A stretch of 64,000 nt of DNA from Opitutales bacterium (GCA_963676215.2 CAXXVT010000002.1:190784-254783), one strand, 5' to 3'. Positions 29,750 through 39,853 are shown, numbered from the stretch's first letter. Numbers and translations are program-made. The notes: generated by a model from the letters alone, not told the origin.

Positions 29750-30946
29750 TCAGCCACTGACATCGTCGGCGGTTGCACGGTTTGTTTCAGGAGCAGGTAT
29801 CGAAGATTCTTCTGCTGGTGTTTCACCAACGACAAGACGTACCCATTGGTAGGCACGTCCTCTCCAATCCTTGACCGAGACTACAAATATAAACTCTCCG
29901 ATTTCAGTAGGAGTGCCAATCGCAGTTCCAGTTGAATCGTCAAACCACATTCCCTCTGGTAGATCTCCTCTCAGCATTTTATAAGAGACCGGGTCTTTGA
30001 TAAAGTCCCACTGGAAAGAAATGGTAGTTTCATCCCCTGCTACGGTAACGAGATTTACCAGTTCTGATTCTGCTGGCGTTCCGTGGGTGGGTTCTTTGGT
30101 AATTACAGTCGGATAGACGACATCATTCATCACGACGCCTTCAATCACCGGAGACAAGGTCGCCATGACCACATTGAAGTCGAATTTGTGGGTTATAGAG
30201 TTATACCCATCGGTGCCTTCAATCACAAAAGATTGATTGCCCAAGTTGTGAAGATATCCGCTTACCCAACCATTATTGATCGCCAACAGGAGGGGAGGCG
30301 TCCCCGAAAATGCGAATGATTCACTTCCGTCGGTAAGAATGTTGTTGGGATCAATTTCAACATTCACGGGAGTTTCGTTATTGGCCCGGTCCGAAGTGTA
30401 GTAGTCTTGCTGAACGGGATCTGGAATCGGTTCCTTGACGTTTGAAAACTCAACAGTGTAATTGCCGAAAAAATCATTGGATTGCATGACCACCAGCACA
30501 TAGGTTCGACCTTGAACCACCTCCGCGCTGAATGTGTTTGGGTTGCTTGATCCTTGTTGTCCTCTGCAATTCACAAGGAAGTCGTAGGGATAATAATTTC
30601 CCTCGTAGAGTGCGACATAGTTACCGACTTCCGTAACCGTCGTAACGATATCCATGCACATGGTTGCTTCGGCTGTGAAGGTGTAGGCCTCATACATGTA
30701 AGTAGTGCCAATTAGCCATGGGTCGACGGTTTGTCTTACGCTGCAGGTATCGGGTGCTCCCCACCGGGTTAATCGGCCCGATTGAGTTCCATTGGCAGTC
30801 GCTGTGATGCCTTCCGGCATTGGAAGGGGAGTATTCCCAAGGAAATTGGAGATACTGACGTTGAGCGCCGACAATTGGGTGACAGCGAGGATATTAACCG
30901 TGAACAAGATGATCAGGGATCTAACTGGATTTTTTGACGATAGCAT
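29750..30946 (-). CDS. Secreted hypothetical protein with C-terminal putative Ig-like (He_PIG / cadherin-like) domain
   Basis: It has a signal peptide (LIILFTVNILAVTQLSA). The C-terminal GDLPEGMWFDDSTGTAIGTPTEIGEFIFVVSVKD matches the 'LP.GL..d..TG.isGTP...G.y.f.v.v.D' pattern of putative Ig domains. Confidence 0.55.
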   Translation of the reverse strand: MLSSKNPVRSLIILFTVNILAVTQLSALNVSISNFLGNTPLPMPEGITATANGTQSGRLTRWGAPDTCSVRQTVDPWLIGTTYMYEAYTFTAEATMCMDIVTTVTEVGNYVALYEGNYYPYDFLVNCRGQQGSSNPNTFSAEVVQGRTYVLVVMQSNDFFGNYTVEFSNVKEPIPDPVQQDYYTSDRANNETPVNVEIDPNNILTDGSESFAFSGTPPLLLAINNGWVSGYLHNLGNQSFVIEGTDGYNSITHKFDFNVVMATLSPVIEGVVMNDVVYPTVITKEPTHGTPAESELVNLVTVAGDETTISFQWDFIKDPVSYKMLRGDLPEGMWFDDSTGTAIGTPTEIGEFIFVVSVKDWRGRAYQWVRLVVGETPAEESSIPAPETNRATADDVSG

Positions 30947-31196
30947 GAGACTAGGATTGATTGAGCTGTGTGTGATAGAGTTTGAGGCGAGTATTCGCTT
31001 AACATTGCCAAAATAGCAAACGAGCTGAAACTATTCTCACGTTCAGAGTGAGGAGCAGCCTATTTTGTGTTTCTGGAATTTTTTAGGTTGCTCGACAGAG
31101 AAACCAAATCTCTCTGAATTCGGCTTGAAAAAACAGTGGGGCGAATCGGGGATCGCGCCGATGAATTCTAGTCAAGGACTGTCGTAATTGGGTCTA

Positions 31197-31760
31197 TCAA
31201 CTGATTCCCAGATGCTGTCGGCCTTCTTCTGAAATCATGTGGGGAGTCCAGGGCGGGTCCCAAACAATGTCGACTGTTGCTGACTCAACCTCGGGGATGG
31301 ATTCGATTTTTCGTCGGGCGTCTTCAGCTATGACTGGCCCCATCCCGCATCCTTGTGCGGTGAGAGTCATTTTTATGGACGCCGTATATTTCTCATCAGC
31401 GGTTTTTTGGGTCGAGAGGTCATATACCAGCCCCAGATCCACAATGTTGATGGGGATTTCTGGATCGAAACAAGTTTTCAATGCATCCCAGAGCAGTTTT
31501 TCCGAGAACACACCTTGGATTGCGGGGGGTTGCTCCTCATCACCCAGTTTCACTCCGAGTTCTTTCAGTTGTTCCGAATCGAGTTTCCCAAGTTCATTTG
31601 CATCGATACGATAAAGAATGCCTCCGAGTTTTACAGTGAGGGATCCTCCAAGATTTTGGACCATTTCCACTTCTGATCCGGAAATGAGCGTCATTTCATC
31701 CCCCGCAGGTATGACGGTGGCTATGCAATCGGCGGTTAGCTTTATCAGTGATTCAGACAT
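31197..31760 (-). CDS. sufT: Fe-S cluster assembly protein SufT (long DUF59/MIP18 family)
   Basis: LWDALKTCFDPEIPINIVDLGLVYDL...MTLTAQGCGMGPVI...VDIVWDPPWTPHMISEEG is the DUF59 core with the N-terminal extension typical for SufT. Confidence 0.75.
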   Translation of the reverse strand: MSESLIKLTADCIATVIPAGDEMTLISGSEVEMVQNLGGSLTVKLGGILYRIDANELGKLDSEQLKELGVKLGDEEQPPAIQGVFSEKLLWDALKTCFDPEIPINIVDLGLVYDLSTQKTADEKYTASIKMTLTAQGCGMGPVIAEDARRKIESIPEVESATVDIVWDPPWTPHMISEEGRQHLGIS

Positions 31761-31919
31761 GAGTTAATCAATAAATGATTCATGCGGAGGTTCAACCTGT
31801 AGAAGCGATTGCTTTAACGATTGTTGAGATCAAACGCAGAATGCTTCCCATAATGAGTGAATTCCCTCGGTGCCTTGCATTCTTGTGGTGGGGCAATTCT
31901 TGTGGGAATCAAAGCAACG

Positions 31920-32870
31920 CTAGAACCGGATTTCTTTCCACACTTTCAAATAGTGTTCAAGATGGGCTTTTCCGTTGGAAATCTCTGTCTGCAATAACGC
32001 TTCTGCCAGGACCATCTCGGAGTCGTATGCCTCTTGAGTCAATAACCCTGAAAAGTGAGCGACTCGCGCCCAAAGCAAGTAGGTCGTGAAGGCGTCATAT
32101 TCATTATAATTCACGATCGCTTCGATATCGCCTTTCAACCACAAGTCAGCGACGGAGGCTCCAGACACGTCGATTTTTCCGGGGATACCGCTGGTGGTGG
32201 CGATCTCATGCAAGGTTGGCATTTGGTAACCCCAGCCAAGAAGGGGACCCAGATCGACATGATAGTCTCCATGGGTCGAAAAATAGTCTGCGCCTTCCCA
32301 TGGTTTTTCAGGGCGTTGGGCCCATCCATAGCTACTGAGACCGTGAACGACTGAACGATTGACGATAATGGGTAAATCGGATCGGGCGGAGTTAAAACCA
32401 ACTAATTGCGGATGGCGATCGCTCAAGGAACGATTGATGCCCTGTAGGATTGCTTTTTCATTGCACAATTCCGGATTGCTCGTATCGCTGGGCAGGGAGA
32501 CAAGTTTTAGTGTCACTTGGCCGGAATGATCAACTTCGCGGTAGATTCCGCATAACGACACGATGCGACTCACCGTGAGTTTCAGAAAAGGCTTCGGTAT
32601 TTCCTCGGTGGCGCCGCCTTCAGCCCACAGCTTGTGAAAAGCGTTTTCAATGCCCTGTTGAGTAGAAATGTCGACTCCGTAGAGTCTGCGTGCGGCTTCT
32701 GGGTCCGGGATCCATTCGATGTCGAATGCAAAAAGCTTTGGGAGGATGGTTTTGATCACGACACAATGATGGGATTTCTTCACCCCTATGTAAATCCCTG
32801 TTTTTGAGGATGCAGGGTTGACCTCTATCTCCTTGCTGAGTTGGTTGATTGCGATCATCAATCCTGTCAA
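31920..32870 (-). CDS. Predicted 3'-5' exonuclease, RNase H-like fold (PolB-exonuclease-domain-related)
   Basis: FAFDIEWIPD (ExoI-like DxE), ...LVGFNSARSDLPII... (ExoII-like) and YNEYDAFTTYLLWAR (ExoIII-like Y-x3-D). TTG start; an ATG 4 codons in is an alternative. Confidence 0.6.
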   Translation of the reverse strand: MTGLMIAINQLSKEIEVNPASSKTGIYIGVKKSHHCVVIKTILPKLFAFDIEWIPDPEAARRLYGVDISTQQGIENAFHKLWAEGGATEEIPKPFLKLTVSRIVSLCGIYREVDHSGQVTLKLVSLPSDTSNPELCNEKAILQGINRSLSDRHPQLVGFNSARSDLPIIVNRSVVHGLSSYGWAQRPEKPWEGADYFSTHGDYHVDLGPLLGWGYQMPTLHEIATTSGIPGKIDVSGASVADLWLKGDIEAIVNYNEYDAFTTYLLWARVAHFSGLLTQEAYDSEMVLAEALLQTEISNGKAHLEHYLKVWKEIRF

Positions 32871-32888
32871 TTTAAAGATTTTTCAAAA

Positions 32889-33878
32889 ATGGACCTCTCA
32901 AAAGAACTTGAAATAGCGATTACTGCTGTCAGAAAAGCTGCCACTGTTTGCGTCGCCATCCGACAATCGGATGCCTGTGAAGATGCCATTTCCAAAAAGG
33001 ATCGTTCTCCCGTAACCATTGCAGATTTTGGATCCCAGGCTGTAATCATCCAGGAGTTGTTGAAAGCCTTTCCAGGGTCCAATATTGTTGCTGAAGAGGA
33101 TTCCAATCAGATGGCTGAATTAAAGGGTTCCGTATTGGGGAAAGATATGGTGAACGCCGTTGCCGAAGTTGTTCCTGGTGCGAATTGGGAATCCATCTCC
33201 GAATGGATCTCGAAAGGAAACTATGAAGGGGGTCCGAATGGTCGATTCTGGACGATTGATCCCATTGACGGTACAAAAGGGTTTTTACGCAACGAACAAT
33301 ATGCCGTCGCTTTGGCCCTTATTGAAGATGGTGAACCCATCCTGGGGATATTAGGTTGTCCCAATTACCCTGTGGAATCCTTTGAAAACGCCGGTGCGGG
33401 TGTGGGCATGCTTTTTTATGCGATGAAGGGCAAGGGAGCGAAGCAACTGCAGTTGGCGGCTGAGGATGTCGGTGAGTCGAAGTCCATCGCTGTCGGTCAG
33501 GTGACTAGTGCTGCAGAAGCAAATCTATGCGAGTCCGTTGAAAGCGGGCATTCTTCCCATAGTGAATCGGATCGCATCAAACAAGTACTGGGTATCACGC
33601 AACCTTCTTTGCGGATTGATAGTCAATGCAAATATGCCGCTGTGGCAAAGGGGGACGCCTCAATTTATCTACGTCTTCCAACCTCCGAAAGCTACCGTGA
33701 AAAAATTTGGGATCACGCTGGGGGCTACATTATCACCCGCGAGGCCGGGGGTGTGGTTACGGATGTGCATGGCAATGCACTCGACTTCTCCAAGGGCCAA
33801 ACCCTCGCCGACAATCAGGGTATCGTAGCGGCTCCTGCGAGTATTCATGGTGAAGTTCTTGCGGCAGTAAAAGGGTAA
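32889..33878 (+). CDS. 3'(2'),5'-bisphosphate nucleotidase, HAL2/SAL1-type (inositol monophosphatase superfamily)
   Basis: SPVTIADFGSQ, AEED, WTIDPIDGTKGFLRNEQYAVALALIEDGEPILGILGCPN and WDHAGG. The start is placed at ATG 32889 (MDLSKELEIAI) to avoid overlapping the divergent gene. Confidence 0.8.
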   Translation: MDLSKELEIAITAVRKAATVCVAIRQSDACEDAISKKDRSPVTIADFGSQAVIIQELLKAFPGSNIVAEEDSNQMAELKGSVLGKDMVNAVAEVVPGANWESISEWISKGNYEGGPNGRFWTIDPIDGTKGFLRNEQYAVALALIEDGEPILGILGCPNYPVESFENAGAGVGMLFYAMKGKGAKQLQLAAEDVGESKSIAVGQVTSAAEANLCESVESGHSSHSESDRIKQVLGITQPSLRIDSQCKYAAVAKGDASIYLRLPTSESYREKIWDHAGGYIITREAGGVVTDVHGNALDFSKGQTLADNQGIVAAPASIHGEVLAAVKG

Positions 33879-33982
33879 AGTTTTCGATTAATTATAAGGA
33901 CTGGATAATCATGTTTTCTTTTATCGAGTCGATTGGGATTCAGAGTCTTGTGTGAACAGCGGGAATTGTTGAAGCTTTACGA

Positions 33983-34414
33983 ATGAAGACCGATGATATC
34001 ATCACTTATCGCACGGGTGGAAAGCTGGATCTGGACAGGGTCATTGAGCTTTATCGAGCTTCGACGCTTGGTGAACGTCGGCCTGTGGACCGAATCGACA
34101 TTATGAAGGATATGATGGACAACGCAGACCTCGTGGTCACGGCGTGGGATGGAGATAAGATGGTGGGGATTTCCAGATCCCTCACAGATTTTTCCTATGT
34201 AGCCTATTTGGCTGATTTAGCTGTGCATCAGGACTATCAGAAAATGGGAATCGGAAGACAACTGATTGAGCGAACCGAAGCAGAACTCAAGTCATCCTGT
34301 TTTCTCACCTTGCTCGCTGCCCCCAAAGCGCAGGATTATTACGGGAAAGTTGGGTTCGAACCACATCCAAGGGCGTGGGTGAAAATTGCAGCGAAAGAAA
34401 GACCGAAAAACTGA
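33983..34414 (+). CDS. GNAT family N-acetyltransferase
   Basis: YLADLAVHQDYQKMGIGRQLIERTE is the acetyl-CoA-binding motif A (Q/R-x-x-G-x-G/A). The 143-aa size is typical. Confidence 0.75.
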   Translation: MKTDDIITYRTGGKLDLDRVIELYRASTLGERRPVDRIDIMKDMMDNADLVVTAWDGDKMVGISRSLTDFSYVAYLADLAVHQDYQKMGIGRQLIERTEAELKSSCFLTLLAAPKAQDYYGKVGFEPHPRAWVKIAAKERPKN

Positions 34415-34457
34415 TCCGCCGAACGGTGGATCAATTTGTAAACACTCCTTAGATCTC

Positions 34458-35492
34458 CTATTTCGACTTTGTTTCTTCAGCTTCTGCTGCTCGGTCAGCA
34501 TCTGCTTTGGCAACTTCGATAAAGAGTAGATCAATGAGTTCGGGAATTCCGGTGTCGTCGACGCAGTTGATGCAGTGGGCTTCGTATCCAAGCTTCTTGT
34601 TGAAACGTTTGATGGGCTTATCGTCCTCGAGCATGTCGGTTTTGTTGAGTACGACGATTCGACGTTTTTCGAGAAGCTTGTCGGAATAAAGACTCATTTC
34701 CTTGAGAAGTTGTTGGTGATCTTCCCACGGATCCCGTTGATCGATTGAAGCAATATCAACTAGCAATACCAAAACTTTGCAGCGTTCGATATGACGCAGG
34801 AATTTGTGACCCAATCCGCGGTTCTCACTTGCGCCCTCGATTAGCCCTGGAATGTCTCCAATACGGAGGCGACGAAAATTTGCAGTGTCGTCGAGTAATC
34901 CGACGGAAGGTTGTTTGGTGGTGAACGGGTAGGGGGCAGTTTTGGGATGAGCGTTGGTGAGGATTCCAATCAGCGTAGATTTACCGGCATTTGGAAATCC
35001 AATCAAACCTGCGTCGGCGATGGTTTTAACCTCGACGTCAAATACTCCTTCTTGTCCCTCTGTTCCCAGAGAGAATTCTCTTGGAGCTTGGTTGGTGGAA
35101 GATTTGAAAGTGGCGTTACCCTTACCGCCTTTGCCTCCTTTGAGTAGCAGAATTTTCTGTCCATGTTCGGTTAGCTCGGCAATTAGCGTTCCTGTCTCTG
35201 GGTTCTTGAAAAGAGTGCCAGAAGGAAATTTAAGATAAATATCGTCACCACCTTTGCCGTGTTGATCACTTCCTCTACCGTTCTCACCGTTGTCTGCAGC
35301 CCATCGTGGGTTAAAATGATAGTTGCGCAGATCACTGTAATTTTCGTCACATTCGATGTACACACTTCCGCCTACGCCGCCATTGCCGCCGTCGGGGCCG
35401 CCAAATGGAATGTATTTTTCTCGTCTAAAGCCCACGCAGCCGTCACCGCCTTTGCCAGCTTTCAAGGATATGGTTAGTTCGTCGTAAAACAT
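34458..35492 (-). CDS. obg: GTPase Obg/CgtA
   Basis: MFYDELTISLKAGKGGDGCVGFRREKYIPFGGPDGGNGGVGGSVY is the Obg fold. The G domain has GFPNAGKST, DIPGLIEGA and NKTD. Confidence 0.95.
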   Translation of the reverse strand: MFYDELTISLKAGKGGDGCVGFRREKYIPFGGPDGGNGGVGGSVYIECDENYSDLRNYHFNPRWAADNGENGRGSDQHGKGGDDIYLKFPSGTLFKNPETGTLIAELTEHGQKILLLKGGKGGKGNATFKSSTNQAPREFSLGTEGQEGVFDVEVKTIADAGLIGFPNAGKSTLIGILTNAHPKTAPYPFTTKQPSVGLLDDTANFRRLRIGDIPGLIEGASENRGLGHKFLRHIERCKVLVLLVDIASIDQRDPWEDHQQLLKEMSLYSDKLLEKRRIVVLNKTDMLEDDKPIKRFNKKLGYEAHCINCVDDTGIPELIDLLFIEVAKADADRAAEAEETKSK

Positions 35493-35814
35493 AACTTAAA
35501 GCGAAATTCCACCGCGTCACAGTGACGAGGCAATTCGATATTCGATAATGTCGCACACAGACAGTAATCTTCAAGTGCGAAAAGGGTTGGTTTTGAACGC
35601 TAGAAAGGGACTTTGCGCAAGACAATTCGTATCAAGGAAGGGTTCGAAGCTTCGATTTCGCCGCGGATTTAGGGATAATGATAATCAGATTGAGGATAAG
35701 CCTCTGTAAAATTCATGTTCGAAACGTTTTTGCCATATTGAAGCTGGAGGTGTTATTTCTAACATCCAAGAGTCCTTTTTCGTTAGCTCGAGTCGGAGCC
35801 TGTTCCTTATGGAA

Positions 35815-37479
35815 TTATTTGGTGCCTAATAATTCTCGGGCGTGGGTGAGGGCAGATTGGGACGAACGATCTCCCAACATACGGGCGAGCTCAGTGACAC
35901 GATCGTCACCGTTGTTGTCGAGATAGTCGATAGAGACCGTGGTGGAATCTTCTGTTTGGGATTTGACCACTACAAAATGCTCATCAGCAATGGCAGCAAC
36001 TTGAGGGAGATGAGTCACGCAGAAGATTTGGTGTTCTTTTGCGAGAGCGGCCATTTCTTGCCCGACGGCTTTTCCAATTTCTCCTCCCACATTGGCGTCC
36101 ACTTCATCAAACACGAGCACCGGGGTGGCATCGAATTCGGCCAACACTGTTTTCAGCCCAAGCATCACGCGAGCAGTTTCCCCACTTGAGGCAATTTTAT
36201 TAAGAGGCAGCAGTGGAGAGCCTGGGTTGGGTGCAAACTGCATCTGGCAGCGACTCGTTCCATTGGGAGTTGGCGATGATTCTGCGATGGTTTGGATTTC
36301 GAAGAGAGCCTTTTTGAAACCCAAATTGCGAAGGTTTGCAGACACTTTCTCTGAGAGTGTTTTGGCCCCCTCTTTTCTCAATTGGGTAAGTTTGTTTCCG
36401 GCAGCGATCACTTGTTGAAGCGCTGCTGACTTTTCTTTTTCCAATCGTTGGAGGGTGGATTTAATATCACCGTGTGTGGAGAGTCGTTCCTCCATCTCAG
36501 TCATTGCCTTGAGGATAGCTTCGGGTGTCTTCCCGAATTTTCGTTTTAACTCCATCCACAATTCCATTTTGTATTTGAGCTCATCGATGGCGATTTCATC
36601 CAGATTGACGGATTCTGCGAGGTCGGAGATTTCTGAGTTCAAGTCTTCGAGTTCGATGGAAACGGATTCCAAGCGTTTCCAAAGTTCGGAGCTGGATGGA
36701 TCGATACTCTCAACGGATGTTGAAAGGTGAATCACTGAGGTCAGTTTATCAGAAGTGCCGCCTTCTCCAAAAAGTTCATGTTGAATATTTTGCAATAATT
36801 GCAGGAGTTCTTCAGAACGACTCATGCGCTGGAAGTTTGCCTCGAGGGCTTCGAGCCCTTGTTGAGTGACCCCCAGTTCCTCTATTTTCCTGATCTGATC
36901 ATTCAGATACTGGATTTCGTCCTCACTCAGTTGAGTTTCGTCTTTCAAGCCTTCCAGCTTTTGGGTGAGTTGGCTCCAGTTCTTGTAGTGAGATTTGTAA
37001 GTTTGCAGTGCTTCAGAGCATCTGGAATAGAGATCGAGCAATTCGAGTTGGAATTTTTCCTTAAAAAGCTTCTGGGGTTCTCCCGGACCGTGGAAATCAA
37101 TCCAAAATTCTCCCAACTCCGCAAGGTTTCCCAAGGTGGTCATACTCCCATTGACTTGAATCTTGGGGACCTTCTTTTTATGAATGGTTCGAGAAATTAC
37201 CAGGGCTCCATCGTCACACAGCGGGAGATCTAGCGCTTCGAGCTTTTCGTTAATTTTCTCCGGGTTTTGAATTGAAATAGCTGCTTCGACTTTTGCGAAA
37301 TCCTGACCGTGTCGGATGATGGATCGATCGAGTCGATTGCCCGAAAGCATCGCCAGAGCACCCAGCAGGATACTCTTCCCCGCCCCCGTTTCACCGGTAA
37401 TGCAGGTGAACCCTTCTTCAAACTCCAATGTGGTCTTATCAATTAGAGCCAGGTCCTGAATCTGAAGATATTGGAGCAT
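35815..37479 (-). CDS. recN: DNA repair protein RecN
   Basis: MLQYLQIQDLALIDKTTLEFEEGFTCITGETGAGKSILLGAL, a long coiled-coil, the C-terminal signature ASSGETARVMLGLK and the Walker B motif VLVFDEVDANVGG. Confidence 0.95.
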   Translation of the reverse strand: MLQYLQIQDLALIDKTTLEFEEGFTCITGETGAGKSILLGALAMLSGNRLDRSIIRHGQDFAKVEAAISIQNPEKINEKLEALDLPLCDDGALVISRTIHKKKVPKIQVNGSMTTLGNLAELGEFWIDFHGPGEPQKLFKEKFQLELLDLYSRCSEALQTYKSHYKNWSQLTQKLEGLKDETQLSEDEIQYLNDQIRKIEELGVTQQGLEALEANFQRMSRSEELLQLLQNIQHELFGEGGTSDKLTSVIHLSTSVESIDPSSSELWKRLESVSIELEDLNSEISDLAESVNLDEIAIDELKYKMELWMELKRKFGKTPEAILKAMTEMEERLSTHGDIKSTLQRLEKEKSAALQQVIAAGNKLTQLRKEGAKTLSEKVSANLRNLGFKKALFEIQTIAESSPTPNGTSRCQMQFAPNPGSPLLPLNKIASSGETARVMLGLKTVLAEFDATPVLVFDEVDANVGGEIGKAVGQEMAALAKEHQIFCVTHLPQVAAIADEHFVVVKSQTEDSTTVSIDYLDNNGDDRVTELARMLGDRSSQSALTHARELLGTK

Positions 37480-37585
37480 TAGTCGTGTTTTATATTATAG
37501 GTGGATGAATGGGTGGAATGGATGAGTGATGGGAAATTTTAGAAAGCTATCTCTAGGTTGGGACCTGAGCTACTGCGCGCTCAAC

Positions 37586-38740
37586 CTACGAATCGAGGTA
37601 GCTGAGAATGGTATCACAGACCTCATCGAGTTGTTTTGGTTCGAGTTCTGGAAAAACGGGCAAACTGATGACCTGCTCGCAGGCGGTTTCTGTTTTTGGA
37701 AGGGAGTTTCTCTCCGGTACGACGGACCTAAAGCACTCTTGTTGGTGCAATCCAAGAGGGTAATAGACTCCGCAGCCGATTTGGTGATCTCGCAACCACT
37801 GTACGAGACGATCTCGTTCTCCGGGTTGAGTGACGCGGATCGTGAACTGGTGCCAGGTATGGCCGTTGTGCTCGTTTGTCTGTGGCAGTATAATGCGAGT
37901 CGTTGCAGTGGATTCTGAGTCGGATAGTGCAACTGCAACGTGCCCTCCTAGGCGATTGCGATAGTGATTTGCATTTGCATCTCGCTGTTGGTTTTGTGCA
38001 TCGATGTCGGGAAGTTTGATCCGCAGCAACATCCCCTGCACAGGATCGAACCGAAAGTTTCCTCCAACCATCTGGTGATAATAGACTGGATCCATGCCGT
38101 GAATCCGGAGAATTCGCGCCTTTTGAGCAAGTTCGGAATCATTGGTTGAGAGAAATCCACCGTCACCAAAACCGGAAAGGTTTTTGGTTGGATAAAAACT
38201 AAAAGATCCAAAAGCCCCGAATGTTCCGGCCTTTTTTCCTTTAAAGGTTGCACCGATGGCCTGCGCGCAGTCTTCGAGCACTGGAATGTCTCGCTTCCGA
38301 GCAATATCCATAATGCGGTCCATATTTGCGCATTGTCCAAAAATATGAACGGGAATGATCGCTTTGGTTTTCTCGGTGATTTTTGCTTCGAGATCGACGG
38401 GGTCGATGTTGAAATCGCCCGGGGTCAAATCCACAAAGACAGGCTTGGCGCCGAGACGAAAGACCGTGCCTGCTGTTGCGAAGAAGGTAAATGAAGGACA
38501 AAGAACCTCATCGCCTGCCTCAATGCCCAGCGCCATTAGTCCAAGTAGAAGGGCATCTGTACCGGAACTAACGGCAATACACTCTTTGACTCCTAAATAG
38601 TCAGCAAGCTCTGCTTCGAAGCCTGTGACATTGTCACCCCCGATGAATTGACCCGATTCGATGAATGTATCGAAAGCGGCTTTCATTTTTTCGAAATAGG
38701 GTCGATTATGCTTTGAAATATCAAGAAGTGGAACTGCCAT
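37586..38740 (-). CDS. DegT/DnrJ/EryC1/StrS family PLP-dependent sugar aminotransferase
   Basis: GFEAELADYLGVKECIAVSSGTDALLL, PSFTFFATA, and FSFYPTKNL (the PLP-lysine region). The start is set at comp(38738..38740), giving MAVPLLDISK; the ORF track offers an upstream TTG at 38776. Confidence 0.85.
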   Translation of the reverse strand: MAVPLLDISKHNRPYFEKMKAAFDTFIESGQFIGGDNVTGFEAELADYLGVKECIAVSSGTDALLLGLMALGIEAGDEVLCPSFTFFATAGTVFRLGAKPVFVDLTPGDFNIDPVDLEAKITEKTKAIIPVHIFGQCANMDRIMDIARKRDIPVLEDCAQAIGATFKGKKAGTFGAFGSFSFYPTKNLSGFGDGGFLSTNDSELAQKARILRIHGMDPVYYHQMVGGNFRFDPVQGMLLRIKLPDIDAQNQQRDANANHYRNRLGGHVAVALSDSESTATTRIILPQTNEHNGHTWHQFTIRVTQPGERDRLVQWLRDHQIGCGVYYPLGLHQQECFRSVVPERNSLPKTETACEQVISLPVFPELEPKQLDEVCDTILSYLDS

Positions 38741-38840
38741 ACTCAACAAATGTGGCATTCCTTGGGCACTTGACAATCAAAACCGATGATAGTGAACAAA
38801 AATTTACTAAAACGGAGCCGTTATTGTTCCCTGTACATGC

Positions 38841-38871
38841 AAAAGGCAGGGATCTTTGAACCCTGCCTTTT
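38841..38871 (-). terminator. Rho-independent terminator of the flagellin gene
   Basis: AAAAGGCAGGG-atctttgaa-CCCTGCCTTTT lies 40 nt downstream of the flagellin stop. A second small hairpin, CTAGTGT-ttgat-ACACTAG, sits at ~38879..38897. Confidence 0.75.
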
Positions 38872-38911
38872 GAATGTGCTAGTGTTTGATACACTAGCGA
38901 GAGTATTACCG

Positions 38912-39853
38912 TTATCCAACGAGACGTAATACAGCCTGACTCGCTTGAGATGCAAGAGAGAGAGAGCTGATACCCAATTGCTGTGAAGTATTCAAAGCAA
39001 GGAGGTTTGCACCTTCTTCATTCAGATCTGCAAGAGTTAGTTTGTCTGCACCTTCTTCAAGAACATTCACTTGTTTTGCAGTGAAATCCTGACGAGTGGT
39101 GATAACGTTCAAACTATTTGCAAGAGACTTAGAAGCCGCATCTAACTGAGTTTCGAATTTTTCAACATTTGCGATAACCGCATTCATTGAAGTTGCATAG
39201 CCAGTATTCTCGAAAGATACTGAAGTTGCAGTTCCAGTTGTTGCGTCGCCAGCTACATGACCTTGGATTGTTACACCAGTTAGTCCACCTTCTGATCCGG
39301 AGATCGAAAGCGCGGTAGTTGAAGCTGCATTCGAGACTGTGAATCCCTGCAACGTCAATGTAGACTGATCCAACTTTTCATTGAACTGAACGGTCAATGT
39401 TTGGTTGCCTTTTGCAGTCGAATTTGTGCTGTCAGCACTTCCTTGAACAAAGTTTGTTCCAGAATAAACAGCATCCTTCGCAAGCGTATCGATCTGGGTG
39501 ATCAGCTCATTGAACTGTTTTCCGAGATTTGTGCGCACTGCAGCATCGGTTTCACCTTTAACATCTTCTGCAATCGCTTTCATCTGCTCAGTGATTGACT
39601 TCATTGAAGTGATCGCTTGGTCAGCTGATTTGACTGCAGAAACCGCTTGGCCCATTGAATCCAAACGAGCGTCAAGTTTGGTCGCACGATCATTCAAGTT
39701 CGCAGCCTTAAAAAAGCTGTTTGGATTGTCGATCGCGGTATTAACTTTCTTTCCTGTGGAAAGACGTGACTGGGTACGGTTCAAGAGTTGGTTAGTTCCT
39801 TGTAGGGAATTAAGATTTGTACGTATACCCGCTGATAGAGTTATATCTGCCAT
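38912..39853 (-). CDS. fliC: Flagellin
   Basis: The N-terminal D0/D1 region is ITLSAGIRTNLNSLQGTNQLLNRTQSRLSTGKKVNTAIDNPNSFF. The C-terminal region is LNEEGANLLALNTSQQLGISSLSLASQASQAVLRLVG. The central segment is Ser/Thr-rich. Confidence 0.9.
   Translation of the reverse strand: MADITLSAGIRTNLNSLQGTNQLLNRTQSRLSTGKKVNTAIDNPNSFFKAANLNDRATKLDARLDSMGQAVSAVKSADQAITSMKSITEQMKAIAEDVKGETDAAVRTNLGKQFNELITQIDTLAKDAVYSGTNFVQGSADSTNSTAKGNQTLTVQFNEKLDQSTLTLQGFTVSNAASTTALSISGSEGGLTGVTIQGHVAGDATTGTATSVSFENTGYATSMNAVIANVEKFETQLDAASKSLANSLNVITTRQDFTAKQVNVLEEGADKLTLADLNEEGANLLALNTSQQLGISSLSLASQASQAVLRLVG

Noticed and set aside
37526-37938. 130-aa plus-strand and 122-aa minus-strand ORFs at the 3' end of the DegT gene
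   Set aside because: Both overlap the well-supported aminotransferase reading frame, either in an alternative frame or antisense.
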